Counted from the first letter of the stretch, positions 19,433-29,886 are shown. The stretch: 64,000 nucleotides of DNA from a bacterium (GCA_031362565.1 JANLSU010000058.1:10338-74337), one strand, 5' to 3'. Notes: generated by a model not told the origin, from the letters alone. Program-made: numbers and translations.

Positions 19433-21205
19433 ATGCGGAGAGGCAACGTTTGGATTGGAGTCGCGCTGTGCCTCGCCTGGAACGTTGGATGTGGACCGCC
19501 GCCGAAGGCTGGCGCGCCGGATCCGGAGTCTTCGGCGATGAGCCCCGAGGAACTGGCGGCCGAATATCACGCCGCGGCGCGCGCCGCGCACGCGCGCGCC
19601 GTGTTCCACGCCGCGCAAGGTGATGTGCCCGGAGCGCTCGCGGAAGAGGCCCAAGCCGTGCGGCTGGCTCCGAGTGATCCGGAATTGCGCCTCGCCTATG
19701 CTCAACGTTTGGCCGAGATCGGGCGGGTGCGCGATGCAGAAGCTTTTCTGCGCGGGGCGTCTGAACGCTTCGGCCCGACGCCCGGCGAGCAGTTGCTGAC
19801 GGCGCGGCTCGATTTCCTGGCGGGACGCCTGGACGCGGCCGAACGTGGCGCAAAAGCCGCACTGGCCGCTGATTCCAGTCGTGCCGAGGCCTGGGAACTG
19901 CGCGGCCGCATCGCGCTGCAGCACGATCAGCCTGAAACCGCCCTCGACGCCCTCGAACACGCCGCCGCGCTCGGCGCCGATGCGGCGGATCTCGACGAAC
20001 TCCGCGCCGCCTGCGAAGCCAAGCTCGGTCGCTCGGAAGCCGCCGCCCAAAGGCTCGAACGGGTCTTGGATGCCGATCCCGGACGCCTCGAAGCCCGCCG
20101 CGCACTGGCGACGATTCTGCGTCAATTGGGCCGCACCACCGACGCCCGCACCCTGCTGCGCCAGGCACTCGAGGTCGCGCCCGACGATCCCGACGCCGTC
20201 GAACTGGCGCTCGAGAGTTTTGTCGAGGCCGGTGATCTGGACGGCGCCGCCAACATGCTGGCGCCGTACTATCGCAGCGGGTCCCTCGGACCGCGCCTGC
20301 AATACCTCTATGGGCGAGTCCTCCTGCAGCAAGATCACTGGTCGGCAGCCGATTCGGTTTTGCGTCCACTGGCAACCCTCGAGGGCGTGCGCGGCATCGA
20401 ATCGCTGCTCGGCGATATCGCGGTGCGCGCCGGGCACACCGCCGAAGCGCGGGCGCACTATCGACGCGCCATCGATCAGCAACCGGGCGACTGCACACCG
20501 GCGGCGAGCCTGGCGCTGCTCGTGGTGCAGGAACAGCGGCGTATTCGCGACGCCGGCGGGACGCCTTCGGACTCGTTGCAGACGGAGTTCGATGCGGCAT
20601 TGAAAACCGCTGAGCGCGGCGCCGGCGAACGCGACTACCGTTGCCATCTCTTGCTCGGACTCGCATACACGAGCGCGCGACGTTTTGCCGACGCGCTGCC
20701 GCATCTCGAGGCGACGCTCGAATTGGATCCGGACGATGCGGACGCGATGTTCAACCTGGCGATGGCGCACCAAGAACTGGGTCACTACGACCAGGCACTC
20801 GCACTTGCGCGCCAGCTCTTGGAACGGCACCCGGACAACGCGGCGGCGATGAATTTCGTCGGCTATGCGCTCGCCGAACGCGGCAGCGATTTGCAGACCG
20901 GCGAACGTCTCATTCGCGCCGCGTTGGTGAAAGAGCCCAACAACGGCTATTTCGTGGACAGCCTGGGGTGGGTGTTGTATCAAAAAGGCGAGTTTCGCGC
21001 TGCCGCCGCCGCTCTCGAGCGCGCCGTACGGCTGCTGAAGGAGCACGACGCGCTCGTTCTCGAACACCTGGGGGATGCGTACGTTCGCATCGGTCGCTTC
21101 GAAGCCGCGAAGCGCGCCTATCAGAAATCGCACGATCTCGATACGAGCCGCGCCGCACTCACCGAAAAACTCGCCGACGTGGAGTCCCACCTTCAAAAAC
21201 ATTGA
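19433..21205 (+). CDS. TPR-repeat lipoprotein
   Basis: Signal peptide ending VGC; multiple TPRs; C-terminal A.N..GY.LAE...DSLGWVLY..G...EHLGDAY. Confidence 0.85.
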   Translation: MRRGNVWIGVALCLAWNVGCGPPPKAGAPDPESSAMSPEELAAEYHAAARAAHARAVFHAAQGDVPGALAEEAQAVRLAPSDPELRLAYAQRLAEIGRVRDAEAFLRGASERFGPTPGEQLLTARLDFLAGRLDAAERGAKAALAADSSRAEAWELRGRIALQHDQPETALDALEHAAALGADAADLDELRAACEAKLGRSEAAAQRLERVLDADPGRLEARRALATILRQLGRTTDARTLLRQALEVAPDDPDAVELALESFVEAGDLDGAANMLAPYYRSGSLGPRLQYLYGRVLLQQDHWSAADSVLRPLATLEGVRGIESLLGDIAVRAGHTAEARAHYRRAIDQQPGDCTPAASLALLVVQEQRRIRDAGGTPSDSLQTEFDAALKTAERGAGERDYRCHLLLGLAYTSARRFADALPHLEATLELDPDDADAMFNLAMAHQELGHYDQALALARQLLERHPDNAAAMNFVGYALAERGSDLQTGERLIRAALVKEPNNGYFVDSLGWVLYQKGEFRAAAAALERAVRLLKEHDALVLEHLGDAYVRIGRFEAAKRAYQKSHDLDTSRAALTEKLADVESHLQKH

Positions 21206-21215
21206 ACGCACTCTG

Positions 21216-21950
21216 ATGTGTCTGGTGCTTCTCGCCGCCAGCTGCGGACCGGCGCCGCGCGGTTCCGGCGCCGGCTCGATCCCGTCCGGCACGGCAGGGT
21301 GGAGTGCGACGGCGCCGCGTTTCGAAGCCACCGGCCGGGCCCGTTTCACGCCGCGCGATGGCGCCGAGATCGACGGCCGGGTGGCGGTCCGTGTCGACCC
21401 ACCCGCACGCGTCTGGGTCGAGATGCGCGGTTCAGCGGTGTTCGGACTCGTCGGCGACCGCCAGGTCTTGGCGGCGCCCGGTGACGGCTGGCTTGTGACC
21501 CTGCAGGACCGCGGTGACCGGCTCGAGCGCTTGCCGTTCGAGCAGACCTGGGCGGCGGATTTGGCGCCGGCGGGGTCCCTGGCGGAGATCCTCCAGATGG
21601 CCTGTGGCCGCCTGCCGTGGCCGCCACCCGCCTCTATGGTGCCGCCGGGGCTCCCGGGCGGCACGGACGTTCTCGAGTACGACCTGCCGGCGCCGGCTCG
21701 GGGGCGGCTCCGGCTCCTGCCCCAGGACGGGCGGCTGGCGCGTCTGGAGTGGTGGGTCGGCGGCACCCTGCAGGTGGGGCTCGACTATGATCGCTACGTG
21801 GCGTGCGGCGCCGCATGGTTGCCGTCCCGGGTGCGGATCGTGGCGCCCGGTTCCGGGGTGCGCGCCGAGATCCAGTTCGATCACGTGATGGCGCGGGACT
21901 CGTTCAGCACGGTGGATTTCGAAGTCGACGGGAACCTCGAAGGGCGGTGA
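21216..21950 (+). CDS. Putative lipoprotein, LolB/DUF4292-like
   Basis: LAASC lipobox; beta-rich; LDYDRY...WLPSRVRI; lies downstream of a TPR gene as LolB/DUF4292 often does. Start uncertain. Confidence 0.5.
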   Translation: MCLVLLAASCGPAPRGSGAGSIPSGTAGWSATAPRFEATGRARFTPRDGAEIDGRVAVRVDPPARVWVEMRGSAVFGLVGDRQVLAAPGDGWLVTLQDRGDRLERLPFEQTWAADLAPAGSLAEILQMACGRLPWPPPASMVPPGLPGGTDVLEYDLPAPARGRLRLLPQDGRLARLEWWVGGTLQVGLDYDRYVACGAAWLPSRVRIVAPGSGVRAEIQFDHVMARDSFSTVDFEVDGNLEGR

Positions 21951-21960
21951 GGGGTAACAC

Positions 21961-22635
21961 GTGTCGGACGAAGGAGAGACGCAGCCGGGAGTGCCAATGC
22001 AGCCGATGAGCGCCCTGCGGCCCGCGCCGCATCTCCAAGACCTCACCGATGAGACCCTCATGGAGGTCTTGGTCGCCGGGGATCGAGCCGCGTTCGATGT
22101 GCTCGTGCACCGCCACAAGGCACGCCTCTACAGCTACCTCTTGCGGCTGATGCGCGATCCGACGGACGCCGAGGAAGTCGCTCAAGAAGCGTTCGTACGC
22201 GCCTACGTGCACGCGGACAAGTACCGGAACATCGCCAAGTTCACGACCTGGCTGTACACGATCGCCACGAACTTGGTGCGCAACCGGATTCGCAAGACCC
22301 GCAGCACGCCGAAGCTGTTGTCACTGCAGTGGGGCCGTGGTGAGGAAGACGACAACGACCGCGAAACGATCGATCTGCCGGATCCGCGTGACTTGCCGGA
22401 CCGCGTGCTCGAGAAGTCGGAATTGCAGACGATCGTCGCGGATGGCATCGAACGAATTCCGGCGCGCTATCGTGAAGCGTTCGTGCTGCGCGAAGTGAAT
22501 CATTTCACGTACGAAGAAATCGCCGCGATTACCGGCCTCAAGCTCGGTACGGTGCGGTCGCGTATCAACCGCGGCCGGGCCCACTTTCGCGACGTCATGG
22601 AACCGCAACTGAAGCGCCTGCGGGCGCGCGGCTGA
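21961..22635 (+). CDS. ECF RNA polymerase sigma factor (RpoE/SigW-like)
   Basis: AFD.LV.RH, AEEVAQEAF, KFTTWLYTIA.N and YEEIA.I.G..LGTVRSRINRGR. Confidence 0.93.
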   Translation: MSDEGETQPGVPMQPMSALRPAPHLQDLTDETLMEVLVAGDRAAFDVLVHRHKARLYSYLLRLMRDPTDAEEVAQEAFVRAYVHADKYRNIAKFTTWLYTIATNLVRNRIRKTRSTPKLLSLQWGRGEEDDNDRETIDLPDPRDLPDRVLEKSELQTIVADGIERIPARYREAFVLREVNHFTYEEIAAITGLKLGTVRSRINRGRAHFRDVMEPQLKRLRARG

Positions 22636-22659
22636 GACCGTCTACGGCGAAGGAGGAAC

Positions 22660-23241
22660 GTGAGCATGCGGTGTGGTAAAGCGCAAGAGTGGTTGCGGAT
22701 GCGGGACGACGAGCCACGGAGCGTGGCGGACCAGCGGCGTCTCGCGACCCATATGACGGAGTGCGCCCCGTGTGCAGCGTACGGGCGCGACTTGGAACAG
22801 CTCACCCAACTCGTGGCGGCCGGTCCGTGCGAGGAGCCTTCCGCCAGTTTCGATTGGCGGCTCAAGCTGCAGCTCGCGAAGGCGGAGCGCGGCGAACTAC
22901 TGGAGACAACCGCGGTGGCGCCCGCTCCGTGGCGCGCCAGGCTGCAATTCGGCGGTGCAATGGCGATCGCCGCGGCCATCGTCGTCAGCCTTGGACTCGC
23001 CACCCTGCGTCACAGCGCCACCCAAACGTCGACAACGCTGGCCCGCGGGGTGCCGATCGAGGCCGGCGGCCTCGTGACTCCAGTACGCGATCCAGGTCCC
23101 GGCGCCGGCACGGCGGCGAATACCCTGGTGCGGGTGCCTTACGCTCCGCACCGGTACTTCCTCGACGAAGCACCGGCGCACACGACCGCGCGCGCCGATA
23201 GCGGGCCCAGCGCCCAGGACTTCCCGCCCGCCGCACACTGA
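22660..23241 (+). CDS. Zinc-binding (ZAS, zf-HC2) transmembrane anti-sigma factor
   Basis: N-terminal C...HMTECAPC (HxxxCxxC), one TM helix; directly follows the ECF sigma gene. Confidence 0.8.
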   Translation: MSMRCGKAQEWLRMRDDEPRSVADQRRLATHMTECAPCAAYGRDLEQLTQLVAAGPCEEPSASFDWRLKLQLAKAERGELLETTAVAPAPWRARLQFGGAMAIAAAIVVSLGLATLRHSATQTSTTLARGVPIEAGGLVTPVRDPGPGAGTAANTLVRVPYAPHRYFLDEAPAHTTARADSGPSAQDFPPAAH

Positions 23242-23522
23242 GGGACGCGCGCCGCGGCAACGGCACGCATCGCCACACGCCGGTGTGATCGGGTGCCGGA
23301 GAGCCCCAAGGATCCGGCGGCCGCACTGCAAAATCATCCCGCCTGTCGTCGTACGCCGCGAAGCGATCCCGCCGGGGGTGCGTTCGAGACGGACTTCGTC
23401 TACGATCCCGGCCGCCCGCGCCGGTCCGAGTTTCAACGTTTGTCAGTGCGCCGGGCAAAGGTCCGCAGGGCCGCAACGGCGCGCAATGCGCCCGCGGTTT
23501 CGACGTTCGCGATGGAGGCGCC

Positions 23523-24674
23523 GTGAAGACGTGGCGGATTCCCGTCGACCTCGGGGCGCGCTCGTACGATGTGCGCGTCAGCCCGCAAGGCGCGGAGTAC
23601 ATCGCCGCGGCACTGTCGCGTCTCACCGGCGACTGGTGCGTGGTCACCGATACGCACGTCGCCCGCGCGGTATGGCCGGGCGTGGCGCGGGAACTGCGCC
23701 GGCGGGGTTTCGCGCCACCGCGACCGATCGTCATCCCGGCGGGGGAACGGCACAAGCGCCTGATGACGGTCGAACGGGTGCAGCGTGCACTCTTGCGGCG
23801 CGGCGCCGATCGTTCGACTTGCGTCATCGCCCTGGGCGGTGGAGTCGTCGGCGATCTGGCGGGATTTGCCGCCGCCACCTACATGCGCGGCATCGATTGG
23901 ATCGCGGCACCGACCAGCTTGCTCGCGATGGTCGATGCGGCCGTGGGCGGCAAGGTCGGCGTCAATCTCGCCCTGACGAAGAACGCCAGCGGGGCATTTC
24001 ATCAGCCGCGGGCGGTGTGGGCGGCCACCGGGTTGCTGCGCACATTGCCCGGCCGCGAGCGCCGGAGTGGTCTGGGTGAGGTGGTGAAGTACGGCATGAT
24101 CGCCGACCCGCAACTGTTCCGAACCTTGGAACGTGAGGCGCGCGCGTGGCAGAGGCCCCGCCCCGCCGCCGATGCCGCGCTCGTGGCGCGCTGCGTGCGA
24201 ATCAAGGCGCGCTTCGTGGCGGCGGACGAGCGTGAAGGTGGAATGCGCGCCGCCCTCAACTTCGGTCACACCGTCGGACATGCGCTCGAAGGGGACGGGA
24301 ATCGCGGCTTGCGGCATGGCGAGGCGGTCGGGCTCGGCATGCTGGCGGCGAGCGCCGTCGCGGCGCGGCTTGGGATTGCCGGCGCGGGGCAACGCCAGCG
24401 GCTTGCCGAACTGCTCGCGGCACTCGGACTGCCGACGTGCGTCGAGCGCCGCGTGCCGGTTGCCGTGCTGCGCAATGCATGGCGGCGCGACAAGAAATCG
24501 CGGCGCGGCGCGCCGAGATTCGTATTGACTCCGGACATCGGGACTGTTAGCGTTGGTCACCATGTTCCGGACGAAATTATCGTCCTTGCGCTGCAGGGAA
24601 TCCTCGACCCGCAAGCTCCCGCAACGAGATCACGACTTCGGCGAGCTTCTCGACGCAGCGCCGTTCCGAGGTAA
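23523..24674 (+). CDS. aroB: 3-dehydroquinate synthase
   Basis: GE..K, LGGGVVGDLAGF.AATYMRG, PTSLLAMVDA.VGGK, LNFGHT.GHA.E and HGEAV. Confidence 0.95.
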   Translation: MKTWRIPVDLGARSYDVRVSPQGAEYIAAALSRLTGDWCVVTDTHVARAVWPGVARELRRRGFAPPRPIVIPAGERHKRLMTVERVQRALLRRGADRSTCVIALGGGVVGDLAGFAAATYMRGIDWIAAPTSLLAMVDAAVGGKVGVNLALTKNASGAFHQPRAVWAATGLLRTLPGRERRSGLGEVVKYGMIADPQLFRTLEREARAWQRPRPAADAALVARCVRIKARFVAADEREGGMRAALNFGHTVGHALEGDGNRGLRHGEAVGLGMLAASAVAARLGIAGAGQRQRLAELLAALGLPTCVERRVPVAVLRNAWRRDKKSRRGAPRFVLTPDIGTVSVGHHVPDEIIVLALQGILDPQAPATRSRLRRASRRSAVPR

Positions 24675-24677
24675 GCG

Positions 24678-26156
24678 ATGAACGACACACCACAGGCCCG
24701 CGCCGACGTGGAACGATTGCTGGCGCATTACAACCTGGCTCCCGAGTCGCGCGCATTTGCACCGCTGGCGGACGCCTATCGCACCGCCGGTCGTTTGGAT
24801 GAAGCGGTTCGCGTTCTCCAAACCGGACTCAGCCGCCACCCGCGGTACGTCTCGGCGTTCGTTCTGCTGGGATTTTGTCAGCGCGACCTGCACCAGGAGG
24901 ACGCGGCCGAATCCACATTCGCGCGGGTTCTCGAATTGGATCCCGACAATTTGATCGCGTTGCGTTACCGCGCTGAATGCGCCCGCCGGCGCGGCGTGCT
25001 GGAGCGCGCCGTCGAGTATTTGCGCCGCGCGCTCGAACTTGATCCGTTCGATCGCGACGTGCAGGCCGACCTTGGGCTCGTCACCACGGCACTCGAGCGC
25101 CAGACGCGCGAGCGCGCCGCGCCCGATTGGCCGCCGGGCGCGCGTGTCGAGCGCCGCGATCCCGATCCGTTCAGCGTCGAACCTGCGGCACCCGCGACCG
25201 TGCACCCGTTGCCGTTCGAGCCGGCCGCCTTTCCCGCCGCGCCGCCGATTGCGACTCCCGCCGCATCCGTGGCGGCGATTCCGGCGGCGCCCGAACCCGA
25301 ATCCGAACCGGTGCCGCAGTCCGGCGTGCGGCGCGGTGCGATCGAGCCGCCGTTGATCGACTTGCGCCGCGTCGGGCGCCCCGAAGCGGCGCCCGAATCC
25401 GCAGCGGTGTCCGAGCCCGAGCCCCGAACCGTGGAGCCGCCGGCGACGGCGCGCCCGGCGGGGGATCGACCGGCCTGGCACTTCACCCGCCAAGAAGACC
25501 GCATCGTCGTCGTGCCGACCGACGCTCCGGTGCGCGGCCCGATTCGGTCGGTCGAGGATCGATTGTTTTCGACGCAACGGGCCTTTTCGCCGCTGCCCGA
25601 TGTCGAACCGCCGGTCGCGAGCGGGCCGCCGGAGGGACCAACTCCTGTGGGTGGCGAGAAAGAATTTGCCACCCGCACCCTGGCGCGGATCTACGAATCG
25701 CAGGGCTATTTCGACAAAGCGTTGCTCATTTACGAGGAGTTGCACCGCCAGCATCCCGAGGATCGCGACATCGCGGATCGACGTGCGGCGTTGCAGCGCG
25801 GGCCGGCGAGCCCGGCCGAGACGCCGCCACCACGACCGACTCTGCCGCCGGCCGAAGCCCAACGCGAACCGGCCGAGGACGAACAGGGCGTCGCATGGCG
25901 CCTGTTGGACACGGGCGATCCGGCCCATCCGCAGCACACGGCGTCACGGCTGCGGCGCGTCGCCGAAGATGCTCGCGAACGTGATCAGGCGCGCCGCCAC
26001 ACGATCGTCGGAACGCCGCCAGTCGAATCACCGCCGGCGCCAGCACCCACGCCGGCGTCTTTTGCCCCGCCACTACTCGCACCGGCCGAAGATCTGGGCC
26101 GCGGGCATCAAGACTTCGATCGATTTCTGACCTATTTGCGTTCACTCAAGCCGTGA
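24678..26156 (+). CDS. TPR protein with long Pro-rich linker
   Basis: N-terminal SRAFAPLADAYR TPRs, Pro/Glu-rich linker, and TRTLARIYESQG..DKAL motif. Confidence 0.75.
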   Translation: MNDTPQARADVERLLAHYNLAPESRAFAPLADAYRTAGRLDEAVRVLQTGLSRHPRYVSAFVLLGFCQRDLHQEDAAESTFARVLELDPDNLIALRYRAECARRRGVLERAVEYLRRALELDPFDRDVQADLGLVTTALERQTRERAAPDWPPGARVERRDPDPFSVEPAAPATVHPLPFEPAAFPAAPPIATPAASVAAIPAAPEPESEPVPQSGVRRGAIEPPLIDLRRVGRPEAAPESAAVSEPEPRTVEPPATARPAGDRPAWHFTRQEDRIVVVPTDAPVRGPIRSVEDRLFSTQRAFSPLPDVEPPVASGPPEGPTPVGGEKEFATRTLARIYESQGYFDKALLIYEELHRQHPEDRDIADRRAALQRGPASPAETPPPRPTLPPAEAQREPAEDEQGVAWRLLDTGDPAHPQHTASRLRRVAEDARERDQARRHTIVGTPPVESPPAPAPTPASFAPPLLAPAEDLGRGHQDFDRFLTYLRSLKP

Positions 26157-26167
26157 GGCAAACGCCG

Positions 26168-26617
26168 ATGCACGTGCTGGTGATGAACGGTCCCAATTTG
26201 AATTTGCTCGGCGAGCGCCAGCCGGAACTGTACGGCCGCGACACGCTCGCGACGATCGAGGCGCGCTTGCGCGAGCTGGCACAGGCGTTCGATGATCTGC
26301 AGTTGACGTTCTTTCAATCCAATTCCGAAGGGGCGTTAATCGACACCCTGCACGGTGCGGGCCGTGCCGCCGGCGGCATCGTGATCAATCCCGGTGGCCT
26401 CGGCCACACGAGCGTGGCGCTCCGCGATGCAGTCGCGGCGATCGGCGTCGCGACGATCGAAGTCCACCTGACGAACATTCACGCCCGCGAACCGTTTCGG
26501 CGCCGTTCCTTGCTCGCCGGAGCATGTGTCGGCAGCATCTGCGGCCTCGGTGCCCTTGGCTACGAGTTGGCTCTGCGCGCTCTCGCCGCGCGGGCGGGCG
26601 GCGCGGCGATTTCCTGA
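26168..26617 (+). CDS. aroQ: Type II 3-dehydroquinate dehydratase
   Basis: NGPNLNLLG.R.PE.YG, QSNSEG, INPG...HTS.ALRDA and EVHL.N..ARE.FR. Confidence 0.96.
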   Translation: MHVLVMNGPNLNLLGERQPELYGRDTLATIEARLRELAQAFDDLQLTFFQSNSEGALIDTLHGAGRAAGGIVINPGGLGHTSVALRDAVAAIGVATIEVHLTNIHAREPFRRRSLLAGACVGSICGLGALGYELALRALAARAGGAAIS

Positions 26618-26704
26618 GAGGCGTTGCCGCCCGGTCGCCGGGTGTGGTACACCCCAGCGATTCGCGGCCCTCTTCCCGAGGGTCCAAGGGGCGGGGGCCC
26701 ATCC

Positions 26705-27181
26705 ATGCGCGATGCACGCATCGAATACTTGATCCACCTGGTGGAGAAGAGCGACATCGTGGAACTCGAAATCCACGAGGGTTGGGGCCGCCGCATTCGC
26801 ATTCTCCGCAAGTTCGCGGCGCCGGCGGCGCATTCCGCCGCGCCGTCCGCCATGGCGGCGCATGCGCCGGCTCCGGCCGCCGCGAACCCCGGAGCCGCCG
26901 ACGAGCAGCCGCGCCCGGCCCCCGAGGATGACCCGAATTTGATCAAAGTCGTGTCGCCGATGGTCGGCATGTTCTACCGCGGCTCATCGCCCGAAGTGCC
27001 GCCGTTCGTCGAAGTGGGCAGTCAAGTCGCGCCCGGGCAGACGCTGTGCATCATTGAAGCGATGAAGCTCATGAACGAAATCGCCGCCGAGACGACCGGC
27101 AGCGTGCGGAAAATCCTCGTCGAAAACGGCCAGCCGGTCGAATTCGGGCAAACCCTCTTCCTGCTCGAAAAAACCAACTGA
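26705..27181 (+). CDS. accB: Acetyl-CoA carboxylase biotin carboxyl carrier protein
   Basis: [19 protein letters not shown] and VEFGQ.LF. Confidence 0.95.
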   Translation: MRDARIEYLIHLVEKSDIVELEIHEGWGRRIRILRKFAAPAAHSAAPSAMAAHAPAPAAANPGAADEQPRPAPEDDPNLIKVVSPMVGMFYRGSSPEVPPFVEVGSQVAPGQTLCIIEAMKLMNEIAAETTGSVRKILVENGQPVEFGQTLFLLEKTN

Positions 27182-27333
27182 ATTTCGCATCGCACTCCTT
27201 TGACCGGCGCGGACCGTGAGGCCGTGCCGGCGGCGTGGCGCGTTTCCAGGGCGCCTTGCTGGTGAGGATCTTGCACCGTCCGAAGCCGTGCACGCCGCCG
27301 CGGTGCCGCGGCGTGGACGATGGGGGTTTCCCG

Positions 27334-28467
27334 TTGAACGTCCGGTCGATCCTGCAGCAGATGGTGTCGCTTGGCGCCTCGGACTTGCACGTCAAGGCAG
27401 GCATCCCGCCGCTCGCCCGAGTGCACGGACTCCTGACGGCGCTCGACGTGCCGGCACCCACGCCGCGCGAACTCGAGGAAGTGGCACAACAGATTCTGAC
27501 CCCCGTGCAGCGCGATCAGTTCGAGACCACGCGTGAGGTCGACTTCGCGTTCGGCGTGGCGGGACTGGCGCGGTTTCGCGCCAATTTCTTCGTGCAGCGG
27601 GGCTCCATCTCCATGGTGTTCCGGCACGTGCCGACCGAAATTCAAGCGCTCGAGCATCTCGGCTTGCCGCCTGTCGTCGAGGAACTCGCATCGAAGCCGC
27701 GCGGCCTCATCCTGGTGACCGGCACGGTCGGCAGCGGTAAATCGACGACCCTCGCGGCGATCATTCACCGCATCAACTGCACGATGCCCATGAACATCAT
27801 TACGATCGAAGATCCGATCGAGTTCCTGCACCGCGATCAGCAGGCGCTCATCCAGCAGCGCGAGGTCGGCAGCGACACCGCATCCTTCCAAGCGGCGCTG
27901 CGTCACATCCTGCGGCAGGATCCGGATGTGATCATGATCGGCGAAATCCGCGACAAAGAAACCATGGACATCGCCTTGACGGCGGCCGACACCGGCCACC
28001 TCGTGCTGTCGACATTGCACACGATCGACGCCACCCAGACGATGAATCGCGTCATCTCGTTCTTCGAGCCGCACCAGCACCAGGAGATCCGCTACTTGCT
28101 GGCCTCGACTCTGGCCGGCGTGATCTCGCAGCGCTTGATTCGCACCGCCGATGGCCAGGGCCGCGTTGCGGCCGTCGAGGTCATGGTGTCGACGAGCAGT
28201 ATCCGCGAATACATCAAGGATCCGGAGAAGACGCCGCTGATCCGCCAGGCGATTCAGGAAGGCGTCATCCAGTACGGCATGCAGACGTTCGACCAGGCGC
28301 TGATGAAGCTCGTGCAGGAGGCCCGCATCACGCGGGACGAGGCGCTGCGCGTCAGTACGAATCCGCACGAACTGGCGCTGCGCATGGGCGGCATTCAAGC
28401 CTCGAGCGACCAGTCCTGGAACCGCTTCGAGAAGGGCGAGACGTCGGCCGCCAAGGCGCCCTTCTGA
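27334..28467 (+). CDS. pilT: Type IV pilus retraction ATPase, PilT/PilU family
   Basis: GASDLH, RFRAN.F.QRG, Walker A GTVGSGKSTT, TIEDPIE, LRQDPDVI.IGE.RD, TGHLV.STLH and GMQTFDQ; TTG start is an estimate. Confidence 0.9.
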   Translation: MNVRSILQQMVSLGASDLHVKAGIPPLARVHGLLTALDVPAPTPRELEEVAQQILTPVQRDQFETTREVDFAFGVAGLARFRANFFVQRGSISMVFRHVPTEIQALEHLGLPPVVEELASKPRGLILVTGTVGSGKSTTLAAIIHRINCTMPMNIITIEDPIEFLHRDQQALIQQREVGSDTASFQAALRHILRQDPDVIMIGEIRDKETMDIALTAADTGHLVLSTLHTIDATQTMNRVISFFEPHQHQEIRYLLASTLAGVISQRLIRTADGQGRVAAVEVMVSTSSIREYIKDPEKTPLIRQAIQEGVIQYGMQTFDQALMKLVQEARITRDEALRVSTNPHELALRMGGIQASSDQSWNRFEKGETSAAKAPF

Positions 28468-28521
28468 CCGTTCCTCGCCAACGCCCCGCCAATCCACGGC
28501 CCGTGTGCTAGACTGCCGCGC

Positions 28522-29886
28522 ATGTTTCGTAAGATCCTGGTCGCGAACCGCGGCGAAATCGCCCTACGCATCATCCGAGCCTGCCGTGAACTCGGCATCG
28601 ACACGGTGGCCGTGCATTCGGAAGCCGACGGCGACTCTTTGCACGTCAAATTCGCCGATGAGAGCGTTTGCATCGGCCCGAATCCGAGCGCCGACAGCTA
28701 CCGCAAGATTCCCGCCTTGCTCGCCGCCGCCGAGATCACCGGCGCCGATGCCGTGCACCCGGGGTACGGTTTCCTGGCCGAGAACGCCCAATTCGCGTCG
28801 GTCGTCGAGTCGTGCGGCTTGACTTGGATCGGCCCGCGTCCGGACGTCATCCGCTCCATGGGCGACAAGTCGGAAGCCCGCAAACTCATGCGCGCCGCCG
28901 GCGTGCCGATCACGCCGGGAAGCGATCTGCTCGAAAATCCCAGCGACGCTCTGGCGGTCGCCCGGGAGATCGGCTATCCGGTCATCGTTAAAGCCGTCGC
29001 CGGCGGTGGTGGGCGCGGCATGCGCGTGGCGCAAGACGAGGATGAACTCTTAGGGGCGATTTCGACGGCACAAACCGAAGCCGAAGCGGCATTCGGCAAT
29101 GCCGGCGTGTACGTCGAGAAATACCTCGTCAACCCGCGGCATGTCGAAATTCAGATCCTCGGCGACAAGCACGGCAACGTGATCCATCTTGGCGAGCGCG
29201 ACTGCTCGACGCAGCGCCGCCACCAGAAGCTCATCGAGGAAGCGCCGTCGCCGGCGGTGGGGCCGGCGTTGCGCCAGCGCTTCGGCGATGTCGCGGTGCG
29301 CGGCGCTCAGAAGGTGCGCTACGACTCGGCCGGCACCATGGAGTTCCTGTTGGACGAGGACGGCTCGTTCTACTTCATGGAAATGAACACCCGCATCCAA
29401 GTGGAGCATCCGGTGACCGAGCTGGTCACCGGCGTCGACATCGTGAAAGAGCAGATCGCGATCGCGGCGGGCGAAAAACTCACGCTCCGCCAGTCGGATG
29501 TCGAATTTCGCGGCCACGCGATCGAAGTGCGGATCAATGCCGAGGATCCACTCGCCGGATTTCGTCCGTCGCCGGGCAAGGTCGAGTTCTTTCACATGCC
29601 CGGCGGCATCGGCGTCCGCATCGACTCGCATGTGTACCAGGGGTACACGATCAGCCCGTACTACGATTCCCTGATCGCCAAGCTGCTGGTGCACGGCCGC
29701 GATCGCGCCGAAGCGGTCGCGCGCATGGACCGCGCCCTCTCGGAATGCCTCATCACCGGCATCAAGACCACGACCGAGTTCAGCCTCGATTTGATCCGTT
29801 CGGAAGACTTTCGCGCCGGCAAAGTCACGACGCGATTTCTCGAGCGCTTCCTCCAGACGTACCAGCCGAGTCCAACGGTCGTATAA
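28522..29886 (+). CDS. accC: Acetyl-CoA carboxylase biotin carboxylase
   Basis: [55 protein letters not shown] and YYDSLIAKL. Confidence 0.96.
   Translation: MFRKILVANRGEIALRIIRACRELGIDTVAVHSEADGDSLHVKFADESVCIGPNPSADSYRKIPALLAAAEITGADAVHPGYGFLAENAQFASVVESCGLTWIGPRPDVIRSMGDKSEARKLMRAAGVPITPGSDLLENPSDALAVAREIGYPVIVKAVAGGGGRGMRVAQDEDELLGAISTAQTEAEAAFGNAGVYVEKYLVNPRHVEIQILGDKHGNVIHLGERDCSTQRRHQKLIEEAPSPAVGPALRQRFGDVAVRGAQKVRYDSAGTMEFLLDEDGSFYFMEMNTRIQVEHPVTELVTGVDIVKEQIAIAAGEKLTLRQSDVEFRGHAIEVRINAEDPLAGFRPSPGKVEFFHMPGGIGVRIDSHVYQGYTISPYYDSLIAKLLVHGRDRAEAVARMDRALSECLITGIKTTTEFSLDLIRSEDFRAGKVTTRFLERFLQTYQPSPTVV

Noticed and set aside
23450-23495. GGGCAAA...GCAA segment vaguely like a c-di-GMP-I riboswitch
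   Set aside because: The required P2 GNRA tetraloop/receptor architecture cannot be built convincingly.
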